Position numbers and translations under genes: made by a program | Origin: Ignicoccus pacificus DSM 13166 | GTDB taxonomy: Archaea; Thermoproteota; Thermoprotei_A; Sulfolobales; Ignicoccaceae | DNA: 32,000 bases | Assembly (NCBI GenBank): GCA_025340205.1 | Contig: CP006868.1 | Coordinates: 180,001-212,000, forward strand | Direction of reading: 5' to 3' | In this document: positions 17,670 through 26,846 of the stretch, one piece after another | Numbering within the stretch: position 1 is the stretch's first letter | How the letters are laid out: every line of letters begins with the position of its first letter | The notes under the pieces: generated by a model | What the model saw: only the letters and a program-made list of their open reading frames with translations | Told to the model about the DNA's origin: nothing | The model's database searches: none

Positions 17670-20600
17670 TTGTTGTTTCTCATCGTAGTGTTGGTATTGA
17701 ACGTCCGCGCCGCGTTAATAGTGATTCCGTTGCCTGACGGTAGAGCGATAACGAATATAATTCCCTATTCTCATTACATAAAAGTGAGAGTCATTGATAT
17801 GAATCATAACTATGCTAACCTTTTAACATTACTTCCTAAGGACTACCCTAACTGCCTAGGTTTGAAGGATGCCTTACCGTTAACCTTTATGTACGGCTGG
17901 GGCAAGTATTACTTAGTACACTATAATACTACAAGTGCCAATATTGACGTTGTCCTCTGTAAACCTTCCGAGTTAGGTGATATCAAGCCAATTATCCGCG
18001 CCATTCAAAAGGGAGACTCAAAAGGAATATCCTTACCAATATCGATCGCTAACGGAAGAGGCATATATGTCTTTATCTCACTCGAACATTTATTCCAGAC
18101 CTTACTCTATGAGCGAGTGTCAGCGACCGTCATTATGGACAATGGTGTCCTATTCGGTTCAATATCTAACGACTCGCCCATCTATACGATGCTCCGCTAT
18201 AGGGACTCCTTACTGATGCTCTTTGAACCGGCGGGTTTCAACGAACTTGATCTTGTTGAACATAATCTTACCTCTAATTCTCTAAGAATTATTTATAGGT
18301 TCCATCAGCCCATATTTGACATTAAAGCTTGTGATTCAACACTAGCAGTACTTACTAAAGCTCCAGAGGGGCTGGAGATAAAGATAGGTAAGGTAGATCG
18401 AGATAAATTCAACATAGAAAAAATAAAGAGGTTGGACGTTGATGCCGACCACGCATCTCAGAGCTTTACTCGTGATTGTAAGTACCTAGCAATATTATAC
18501 AAGGAAAAGAGCAACGCCCACGTCGCGTTACTAAATACGAGCGACCTCTCGGTTATAGGTTCAAAGGAAGTTCGAGTTAGTGGAATACCCATTGCTCTTG
18601 CCCTTCAGGGCAGTGAGTTATCGGCTATTACCCTAATTAAGAGCGATGATGTCTTTTTCCAAGACAGTTCGACTAATCCAATCGATGTTGCGTATATATC
18701 TTTAAGCGATCTTCTGCCCAAGAAGTATTTGTTAGAACTGTTAAAACTAAGAAGGAATGTTCATGAGCTTGGATCTTATGAGTATTATATGATTTTACCT
18801 CCGAAAAGAGGCCAAAGTTTACTAAAGAGAATCGAGGATGTAAAAGATGTTTGGAATAACATCACGTTAGTGATAAAAACAATGTTCGCTCTATTAAAAT
18901 ATAAGTCCTCCAGCGAATTAGTGGAAAGTGCTACTGAGTTGATCAATAGGGCAATAAATGAGACCGAACCTCTACTCGACGTGCTCAACACATCAAGTTC
19001 GATACGATTAGAAAAAGTTAATGCGGAGATAATTAGAAATCTCAACAAGGGTTGCAATATCACCTTCTCTAAGAACTTCCTTCACAATACTCCTCACTTT
19101 ATCTTGAGTACAGCAGAACTTTGTAGTAAAAGCACTGCGGAAAGCGTAGCGGAGCTCTTGTACGAGGGGTTCTTGCGATGCCTCACTCTCTCCAACGTTA
19201 CAAGGCTCAACGTTACCGGTGCGCTGCAGTGCGTCGATGTACGGAAGCAGTTGGAAGCGTTAGCATCTAACGTTTCTCAACTACTCTTCTTCTTGAAGAA
19301 CTTGGTTGTACTTCACTTCATAAATTCCGAAAAAGAATTCGCTTCCAAGCGTTACTTGAGTGATTCAACGCTTGGGCTATTGTTAAGTGACGTTAGGAAG
19401 TTAGACAAGCTGCTAAGGATACTCGCCAGTATGAATATAACCGTTAAACAAGGGAAGATGTTTAACTTGGAGACATTACTCCCGCCTATTAAGGTTAGGA
19501 AGGAATGCTCGCCACCATCAAGTCTACTTGAATTAGATCACTTAATCAATCTATTTAAAGCGAATAATCTGGATACAACGTTGAGACCTGATAGTATAGT
19601 TGAAGGAGCGCTCAAAGGATGGCTTGCACACTCCTACGTCATTTGTAAAGATAAGAATGAAACCGTTATTGAATACTTCCCTCTTCGGAGGAACTCGATT
19701 CCGGTAGTGGAGCTAGGGAACAATACTCTGCTTATTGGGGATGGAAAGGACTTAAGAATTATTTCGTTAATCAACGGAACAATGAAAAGCTATTTATTAA
19801 ACTCAAGCATATGGAAGGCTATACACTTAGGCCGTGATTATATCGTAGCTACTTCGGAAGGCATCTACTTAGTCAGCTTAAGTGGACTGAAGAAGCTAAT
19901 CACCATTCATAAGTCCGGTTATTACTACGCTCGCTATTTAGATGAAGAACTCATTGCTCCAAACCAAGTGTCCATATGTTACTATTTCTATACCCACTAC
20001 GGCACGAACGTTACATGCTTCCTCCTAGATTCAAGAGGGAACGTAATAAGGAGTTATACAAGAGCCTTTAGAAAGATACTAAGTAACGTGTTGTTGTTAG
20101 ACAATTACACGATTGTTAGCTATTCAACTAGTAGTACAGTTTATTACAACGCCGTAGAAATCGCTCAAGTTCCAGGAACGATAAAGTCGGCATTGTGTAG
20201 CCGGCTCTTGGTTGCAACCGATAATGAAAATGGGACAACGATATTCTATTTCCTAGGATATAAGAAAGTTCGACCGCTATGGATTTTGAACGTCTACGAT
20301 GACCTTGTGTGGCGCGGCGATATATGTAACTACGTTTTCCTTAAAAAGAGTAAAAGACTGCTGGACATATTTGGTAATTACTATACTTTAAATATGCTCC
20401 CAAGAGGCGACATGAAGATATATCGCAATGGCTCAAAACTCGTGATGCTGGAAATTTTCCCAGATTCTGATGGAAGATCATTGATTGGAAAGGTAGTAAT
20501 AAAAATCACAGAAGTGGACTTGAAGGAACCAGTCTTGGGACAGGAGAGGATTAAGAAGGTCAGGATATTGAATGGCGATACGTACCTCTCGTACTTAAGT

Positions 20601-21857
20601 TGCTTAATCAATCTTATGAATCCGAATATGTGTTATGACATCGTGAAGTCCGAGAAGGACGCTCTTGTGGTAAAGCTTAAACATGGAGTCTACTGGAAGA
20701 ATAGCATCTATGCTAATATTACTTTAGCGTTCATCAATAAGGCGAATGATACCTTGCATATCGAGATACAGAAGGCGTTACGACTCGAATTACCTCCGGG
20801 TAGTTCAAGGGTTCTCCGTATAAAACACGTACCTATCTACCTTACTCACTATAAAATTTTACCTATATTAATAGAATATCAATCCTCTCCGTACTTGAGA
20901 TTATACAACACCGTATTGGTTAATAACTCTCGTGATTCCCTAAAAGAGGTTTTAGTAAAGAATGTAGAGGGATTTGTAGAAGCTCTTAGCACATCCCCTA
21001 AGTACCTTGCTGTTGCCTTCAACAATATCACTTTCGAACCCAACAATTCAATACTCCATAACGGTCATATCTACATTTTAGATATTAATGGAAGCTTAGT
21101 GGAGCAGTACAATGTAAAAGGCGAGATGGAAGACGCCTCCTACTGCTGTAACAAGTTCGGCTTTGTAAATTTGGATGATTACGCCTACATCTACGACCTC
21201 TCAACTGGAACTTGGAAGAAGGTGTACGTTGGAGACGATTACGATAGAGCAATTACCATGCTTAAGAACGGCTTTCTGGCTGGTTGTTGTAATCTCGCCT
21301 ACTTCGATTTTCAAGGGCACAAAAGGTGGGACGTGAGTATGAATTACATTGTAAACGGTCCAGCTGTTTACAAAGGATACGTTTACGTTCCACAATATGC
21401 TGGCACTATGAACGCGCTCAGAATCCTCAAACTCTCGGATGGAGGTGAGGTAAGGACCATAGAGTTCAATGAACGGGTTCTGGACGCTCAAGTTTGTGGA
21501 AATTACTTAGCTCTTGGAACTGCTCACCATGTTTACCTTTATGACATTAGCGATCCAACGAATCCAAGAGAGCTTTGGAATTACAATGGGATTGCAAGGA
21601 GCTGTAATGGAGGATATTGTTATGGAGCTTGGAACGTCGCTTTCAGTCCGGACTGCAAGTACTTGGTTAGTGCTGATTATGAAGATCAAAAAATCCATCT
21701 GTTTGATGTACAAACTGGTAAGCAAGTGCTGGAGAGGAGGTTTGAAAGTAGTGTTGGCGAAGTCGCTTGGTGGAGGAACAGGATAGCTGTTGGATTGGAA
21801 AATGGTAAGGTTTACGTGTTCAAGCTGATAATACCTCCAATAACTTCCAAGAAGTAG
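17670..21857 (+). CDS. very large secreted protein, 1395 aa, with N- and C-terminal beta-propeller regions and a helical middle
   Basis: TTG start with hydrophobic MLFLIVVLVLNVRA; C-term repeats VCGNYLALGTAHHVYLYDISDPTNPRELWNY, AFSPDCKYLVSADYEDQKIHLFDVQTGKQV; no C-terminal anchor. Confidence 0.8.
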   Translation: MLFLIVVLVLNVRAALIVIPLPDGRAITNIIPYSHYIKVRVIDMNHNYANLLTLLPKDYPNCLGLKDALPLTFMYGWGKYYLVHYNTTSANIDVVLCKPSELGDIKPIIRAIQKGDSKGISLPISIANGRGIYVFISLEHLFQTLLYERVSATVIMDNGVLFGSISNDSPIYTMLRYRDSLLMLFEPAGFNELDLVEHNLTSNSLRIIYRFHQPIFDIKACDSTLAVLTKAPEGLEIKIGKVDRDKFNIEKIKRLDVDADHASQSFTRDCKYLAILYKEKSNAHVALLNTSDLSVIGSKEVRVSGIPIALALQGSELSAITLIKSDDVFFQDSSTNPIDVAYISLSDLLPKKYLLELLKLRRNVHELGSYEYYMILPPKRGQSLLKRIEDVKDVWNNITLVIKTMFALLKYKSSSELVESATELINRAINETEPLLDVLNTSSSIRLEKVNAEIIRNLNKGCNITFSKNFLHNTPHFILSTAELCSKSTAESVAELLYEGFLRCLTLSNVTRLNVTGALQCVDVRKQLEALASNVSQLLFFLKNLVVLHFINSEKEFASKRYLSDSTLGLLLSDVRKLDKLLRILASMNITVKQGKMFNLETLLPPIKVRKECSPPSSLLELDHLINLFKANNLDTTLRPDSIVEGALKGWLAHSYVICKDKNETVIEYFPLRRNSIPVVELGNNTLLIGDGKDLRIISLINGTMKSYLLNSSIWKAIHLGRDYIVATSEGIYLVSLSGLKKLITIHKSGYYYARYLDEELIAPNQVSICYYFYTHYGTNVTCFLLDSRGNVIRSYTRAFRKILSNVLLLDNYTIVSYSTSSTVYYNAVEIAQVPGTIKSALCSRLLVATDNENGTTIFYFLGYKKVRPLWILNVYDDLVWRGDICNYVFLKKSKRLLDIFGNYYTLNMLPRGDMKIYRNGSKLVMLEIFPDSDGRSLIGKVVIKITEVDLKEPVLGQERIKKVRILNGDTYLSYLSCLINLMNPNMCYDIVKSEKDALVVKLKHGVYWKNSIYANITLAFINKANDTLHIEIQKALRLELPPGSSRVLRIKHVPIYLTHYKILPILIEYQSSPYLRLYNTVLVNNSRDSLKEVLVKNVEGFVEALSTSPKYLAVAFNNITFEPNNSILHNGHIYILDINGSLVEQYNVKGEMEDASYCCNKFGFVNLDDYAYIYDLSTGTWKKVYVGDDYDRAITMLKNGFLAGCCNLAYFDFQGHKRWDVSMNYIVNGPAVYKGYVYVPQYAGTMNALRILKLSDGGEVRTIEFNERVLDAQVCGNYLALGTAHHVYLYDISDPTNPRELWNYNGIARSCNGGYCYGAWNVAFSPDCKYLVSADYEDQKIHLFDVQTGKQVLERRFESSVGEVAWWRNRIAVGLENGKVYVFKLIIPPITSKK

Positions 21858-22150
21858 CTTTTTATGCCTTCATCTTTTCAGTAGCTAATGCTTTATTTAA
21901 CCGCTATTAGTTCTACGAAATCCTTTCTCAATATTAATAAGAGATGGATTTCAAGCACTTCCACAGTGACTATTGGAATTCAACTCTACGCTCTTGTTAT
22001 TTGTCTTTGCTACGCTTGTGAATGATGCATCATTATTGATTATCGTTGCTCGTCAAAGCTGCTGAAATAGCTTTTGAATTATTGACATTAATGAAGGTTC
22101 TAAGGTGGTTGAAAAAGATAGGATTCATTAACGTTACGATAGTTAGATAG

Positions 22151-22717
22151 TTAATGAGGAGTAAAGCCAAGGCTAAGGACATAATGAACCACTATAGGTA
22201 TTATAAGGAACGGTAACGCAAAGGACAAAACCCTCCAATCGAACACCATGAAAAGGAAACCCACGAAGCTAATCATGGAGAAAACTACTAATATAAAAAT
22301 CCATATTGGTATGTTGTATAGCAGTAGAGGTACGCTGGCGTAAATTGTTGCTTTACCTAGCCAAGCTAGTTCAGTAAAATAGGCACCACTAAAGGGAAGG
22401 AGGATTGAGAAGAACAGCTGCCCTAGTATGTTATTCTTATCCTCTAGAAGACTGGTAGAGAGTGACAGCGAATAACTGAAGGCTAAGAGGGTTAGGAGAA
22501 ATATCAAGTATTGTGTCAGACCTAATACACTTACCGGCCAATCGAGACCGCTTAATCTAAAGATCGCAGCCGAGATAAGGAATGTCAAGAGAACAATACT
22601 CGTTTGTCCGTTGAGATTGGAATTAGTACGTACAGCATTGTGCGTAGAACCTGTGGAGGAGAGAGCCAAGATCGGTAATATTATCGTTAGTAGAACTAGG
22701 GTAGCACGCTTCTTCAT
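22151..22717 (-). CDS. membrane protein of the 'FRLSGLDWP' paralogue pair
   Basis: 188 aa; ISAAIFRLSGLDWPVSVLGLTQYLIFLLTLLAFSYSLSLS; signal peptide and several helices. Confidence 0.7.
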   Translation of the reverse strand: MKKRATLVLLTIILPILALSSTGSTHNAVRTNSNLNGQTSIVLLTFLISAAIFRLSGLDWPVSVLGLTQYLIFLLTLLAFSYSLSLSTSLLEDKNNILGQLFFSILLPFSGAYFTELAWLGKATIYASVPLLLYNIPIWIFILVVFSMISFVGFLFMVFDWRVLSFALPFLIIPIVVHYVLSLGFTPH

Positions 22718-22932
22718 AGCATACCCCTCCGCATAACCTTTCTCTTTATGCTGTAATATGAGTTAATCATTTAAAATGCTATCTTTTAAAGGTCCTGAAG
22801 CGATGTCGTATTGCCATATGATACTATAAACAAAAACAACCCTTAGCTAGACAACAACTCTATCCTTACTGAGTCTCTTTAGAAAACATTTCTATAGTAG
22901 ACTGTTTTTAACAAATCTACGGGTATAGAACT

Positions 22933-23547
22933 ATGAAGAAGTACCTTCTCTTCCTAGCTCTCTTTCCGATAGCGCTTGCTGCGAATACAGCGGAGTTTGT
23001 CATACCTCCTTTTCCTCAGGGTGTGCTCACAGTTTTTGTTTCAATGAACATAGGCCCGGAAGTGATAACCTATAAAAATACCTTCCAACATCCTTTAACC
23101 ACAAATTTAATTGTAATTGATTTAGGTAAGACACCAGTCGTCCCAGTAGGTCTCTCGGTAAGAGGCTACATCCACGTACAAGCGAGTATGAGTAGCGGCT
23201 ATTGCTTTGAACCTTATGAGACCTACACCATCAAGTTGTACAGTATAGGTGAAAACGCAACAAAGCCTGTTACTTCTGTTAAGGGTACTCTTACCAGCAT
23301 ATGCGACTACTATTACACTTACGGTTTTTATGCAAACCCTCCATCGAGGTACAATTACTTCGGCTACCTGCCATTAACAACGTTCACCGCCACTACTGGT
23401 CTTACGTTTCGCAACTATATAACCATGACATTAGACTTAAAGGTCAGTATGACGTCCTTGCCTACGACTTCAATAGTGGTCCCTCTCCTGATAGGGCTAT
23501 CGCTGCTACTTATGAGATTCAAGACACAAGGAAGAAAAATTGCTTAG
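22933..23547 (+). CDS. secreted protein with a C-terminal helix and basic tail, 204 aa
   Basis: Signal MKKYLLFLALFPIALAAN; C-term TTSIVVPLLIGLSLLLMRFKTQGRKIA. Confidence 0.7.
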   Translation: MKKYLLFLALFPIALAANTAEFVIPPFPQGVLTVFVSMNIGPEVITYKNTFQHPLTTNLIVIDLGKTPVVPVGLSVRGYIHVQASMSSGYCFEPYETYTIKLYSIGENATKPVTSVKGTLTSICDYYYTYGFYANPPSRYNYFGYLPLTTFTATTGLTFRNYITMTLDLKVSMTSLPTTSIVVPLLIGLSLLLMRFKTQGRKIA

Positions 23548-24131
23548 GTCACTAGCTGGTATAGAATACTAACCGTAATTGTGGGAATCAGTAAAAAGAT
23601 CAAGACGAAGCCTAGGAGCCTCGGTTGGAAAATCAATGCCAGTAAGATGAGCGGTATAAATCCGGCCAAGGCTGGTCCTATTATAATTACTCCAATTAGG
23701 TTGAGAGAAAAAGCTGTACCAAATACCGTGGATTGAGCAAGCATATAAATAGAGTAGAAGTAAGGACTCATTAACAAGAGGAATGATGGTAGCGCTGTAT
23801 GAGAGGTCGAGGTCATAAATAGTGATGATGTATCTCCCTTTGCAAGAGATCCTAAGGCAACTGAAAAGGAAAAAGAGAATAAAAGGAGGAAAAAGAGAAA
23901 TATTAAGTAATTTCCCATCCCCGTGACCATAATTGGCCAGTCCAAGCCACTTAACCTAAACGCCATTGCTGAGACAATGAAACCAAGGAGACTTACAAGC
24001 AACGTTTTCTTTCCAAAGGTTGAAAGAAGGAACTCCAAAATATGCATGTTAACGTCATCCGAAAAACCTTGTGCTATTACCGGTGTAACTATGATAATAA
24101 GCAGCAAAATCGCTACTAAGACCTTATTCAT
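23544..24131 (-). CDS. membrane protein, paralogue of the 22151-22717 product
   Basis: 195 aa; VSAMAFRLSGLDWPIMVTGMGNYLIFLFFLLLFSFSFSVALGS. Confidence 0.7.
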   Translation of the reverse strand: MNKVLVAILLLIIIVTPVIAQGFSDDVNMHILEFLLSTFGKKTLLVSLLGFIVSAMAFRLSGLDWPIMVTGMGNYLIFLFFLLLFSFSFSVALGSLAKGDTSSLFMTSTSHTALPSFLLLMSPYFYSIYMLAQSTVFGTAFSLNLIGVIIIGPALAGFIPLILLALIFQPRLLGFVLIFLLIPTITVSILYQLVT

Positions 24132-24254
24132 AGCTTTGCATCCCCATTACGATTTCTTCATACTACATGTAGTTAAAGTCATCTCTCCGAACACTATGGT
24201 AGAGACAAAACTTTTCTAGGATTATAGGATTGTAAAGGGCGGGCTAGAAAGGAA

Positions 24255-25973
24255 ATGGGGAAGGTGATATTAACACTCTTGGTTACTCTTGGAACGTTAC
24301 TAGCGATGCGATTAGCGTTGCTAGGAACTTTCAGCATAAATTCTATCAACGCAATAGCATTATCTGACGATGGTCGTTATATAGGCGTTGCTGCTGATGA
24401 TGGTGCTTACGTACTCAACCTAGACGGTGATATAGTTGCGAAATACTATAGTTATAACACAATAAGCGATGTTTCCTATTGTTGCGGAAAGTTTAGTTTC
24501 GTTGCATATGATTACGTTTACGTATATGACCTCGTAAGCAAAAAATGGGAGAAGATAAAGATAGATCCAGACTATGGTAAGTACATAGTAGCAACCAACA
24601 ATGGATTCGTAGTTGGAAAAGATGGAGTAGCGTTCTATAAATGGGATGGTACTCAAATGTGGAGTACCAACTACGACCTACTTTCCAAGCCTGTCATCTA
24701 CGATAACTATATCTTAATACCAGAAGACTACAGTTACTATGATTATTATCTAAGAGTTGTTAAATTAAGTGATGGGGGAACCATTGCTTCCCCCCTTGAC
24801 TTCGGGTATAGTTTTAAAATGGCTATCTGTGGGAACTATTTAGCGGTACTAGAATACTATAAGTTAATACTTTACAATATAACGGATGTTAAAAATCCAA
24901 GAGAGCTCTGGTATGACACTGGATTCTCCGATGCTTCTAGTGTTGCGTTTACCGATCATTGTGAATACGTCCTTGTGAGCGATGGGGACGATGTGTATTT
25001 CTACAATGTAACTAATGGAAAGAAGGTGTATAATATGACGATAAGCGGCCTCAAACGCGTAAGTTGGAAACAGTCAATAATGGTTGCAGATCTCGGCAAT
25101 GAGCTTTCGATATATTATCCCCTACCTGAGATAGAATTAACCGATAAAACGCAAACGCTTACGTGGACTGCCATACAATCTAACACCCTATACAGTTTTA
25201 CTGGCACATGCTTCGCCTACGGTATGGCGGCTACTATAATTGGTTTCGGTAATACAATAACGTTTAGTGGATACAAAACCATTATTGTGAGTAATGGGAA
25301 TAGTTACACTTACTCGAGCATAACTACCATAACTCAAGGCGGTAGCGTGACAACAACCATTGACGTAGGAAAAGTAGTATTAGGGAAGACAATAACAAAG
25401 AATCTCACGGTAGTCCTTTCGTTCTCGCCAGCCACAGCACTAAACTTTGTACCGAAAATAGTCTGCACTAACGTAACCGCTACCTCGTATTCCGGTTCCT
25501 TATCCTCATTAAACACTGTAATCACAGAAACACTTACTATATCTTTCCCACATTACACCAGCTCTACCGTCACTTACTATGTGACGACGACTACGGAAAT
25601 AGGAGGTGTAATCTTACCCACTACCGTGACAGCATCATCAGTAACGTATTTCAGTACAATATCAACAACTACGACAACTATTCTGATCACGAAACCAACT
25701 ACCAGTTTCTCAATAATACAGACACTAGGTAATGGTATTATTTCAACAATACTACTTAGTGCCTATCCAGTCAATTTTATGATGATAAAGCCAATAATTA
25801 TACTGTTAACCAACAACGCGGCCAAGTATACTGCCACGCTGTTGTTCACTGGAACATATCTAGCACAAACCATTAATGACGTAACCCCAACCACAAGCGT
25901 CGTGAACACAGTCCCCGTCCCCCTCATCTTGTCACTTATCGGATTCCTCCTAAGAAAGAGAAGTAGGGGGTGA
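24255..25973 (+). CDS. secreted beta-propeller protein with Cys-pair module and C-terminal sorting-like signal
   Basis: 572 aa; propeller blades, GTCFAYG...VPKIVCTNV module (C319/C404), C-term NTVPVPLILSLIGFLLRKRSRG. Confidence 0.8.
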   Translation: MGKVILTLLVTLGTLLAMRLALLGTFSINSINAIALSDDGRYIGVAADDGAYVLNLDGDIVAKYYSYNTISDVSYCCGKFSFVAYDYVYVYDLVSKKWEKIKIDPDYGKYIVATNNGFVVGKDGVAFYKWDGTQMWSTNYDLLSKPVIYDNYILIPEDYSYYDYYLRVVKLSDGGTIASPLDFGYSFKMAICGNYLAVLEYYKLILYNITDVKNPRELWYDTGFSDASSVAFTDHCEYVLVSDGDDVYFYNVTNGKKVYNMTISGLKRVSWKQSIMVADLGNELSIYYPLPEIELTDKTQTLTWTAIQSNTLYSFTGTCFAYGMAATIIGFGNTITFSGYKTIIVSNGNSYTYSSITTITQGGSVTTTIDVGKVVLGKTITKNLTVVLSFSPATALNFVPKIVCTNVTATSYSGSLSSLNTVITETLTISFPHYTSSTVTYYVTTTTEIGGVILPTTVTASSVTYFSTISTTTTTILITKPTTSFSIIQTLGNGIISTILLSAYPVNFMMIKPIIILLTNNAAKYTATLLFTGTYLAQTINDVTPTTSVVNTVPVPLILSLIGFLLRKRSRG

Positions 25974-25979
25974 TGGAAG

Positions 25980-26783
25980 ATGAGGAGGGATGTAATTTTA
26001 CTTCTATTGTTACCAGTTACACACGCATACCTACTCTCAATATCGCCAATCACGGCCACAATTTCGTGGACCATATACACTGTGGGGGCGGAGGGTACAT
26101 TTGCCTATGCTTACAAAGCTACTTGCTATCCGTACGGTCTAAAAGCTGACGTAGGTACCTCAGTTTTGGATATCGGATCAATTGCCTTCTTCGGTGACCG
26201 CTATTCACCGATACTTCAATTAACGGCAAGTGCTGACGTGAAAACCTTAAACAATGTAATGGAAAAAGTATGGTGCGATGATGCGACATTAAAAATCTAC
26301 TATGTTACCACCACGGTAACTATACTCAACTATACAGGTGTACTGGAGGCTATAGTCACTTCGTACGTTACAGCCACCTACTTGTTACCCAAATTAACCA
26401 CTACCCAAATAGGCGCAGGGGCATACATTCCTACAGTTGTGTACGTAACAACAACAGTTACGAAACCTATAATAAAGACAATAACCACTACATTAACGCA
26501 GTCCAATATAACTACTACACTTACCGGAACTGCCTTATATTCCAATACTACCTTTTCATACCTACTGCCGGCGGTGAGTGCGACTAAAATAATATTGAAG
26601 CAGATTCCAACCACAATAATCCTTTTGGACAACGTGGCTTTGCTGGGGATAAAGGTATTGGTCAGTAACCCTCTAACTACCACTAGTGTAGCCCTCACAA
26701 CAACGAGTACAACTACTGTTCCGGTTCCATTGCTGCTTAGTTTAGCCTACGTAGCCTTCTTGAGAAAGAGAAAGAGAGGTTAA
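25980..26783 (+). CDS. secreted Thr-rich protein with Cys-pair module and C-terminal sorting-like signal
   Basis: 267 aa; signal MRRDVILLLLLPVTHA, ATCYPYG...VWCDDA (C49/C99), C-term TTTVPVPLLLSLAYVAFLRKRKRG. Confidence 0.8.
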   Translation: MRRDVILLLLLPVTHAYLLSISPITATISWTIYTVGAEGTFAYAYKATCYPYGLKADVGTSVLDIGSIAFFGDRYSPILQLTASADVKTLNNVMEKVWCDDATLKIYYVTTTVTILNYTGVLEAIVTSYVTATYLLPKLTTTQIGAGAYIPTVVYVTTTVTKPIIKTITTTLTQSNITTTLTGTALYSNTTFSYLLPAVSATKIILKQIPTTIILLDNVALLGIKVLVSNPLTTTSVALTTTSTTTVPVPLLLSLAYVAFLRKRKRG

Positions 26784-26846
26784 ACTTATTATCACTCTAT
26801 TAGCTTATCATTTCTCAATTTTATTAGCGGGAAAACTCCTTATCTC

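Noticed and set aside
17477-17683. 68-aa minus-strand ORF upstream of the archaeosortase candidate
   Set aside because: Overlaps the gene start and the divergent promoter region; no protein-like features
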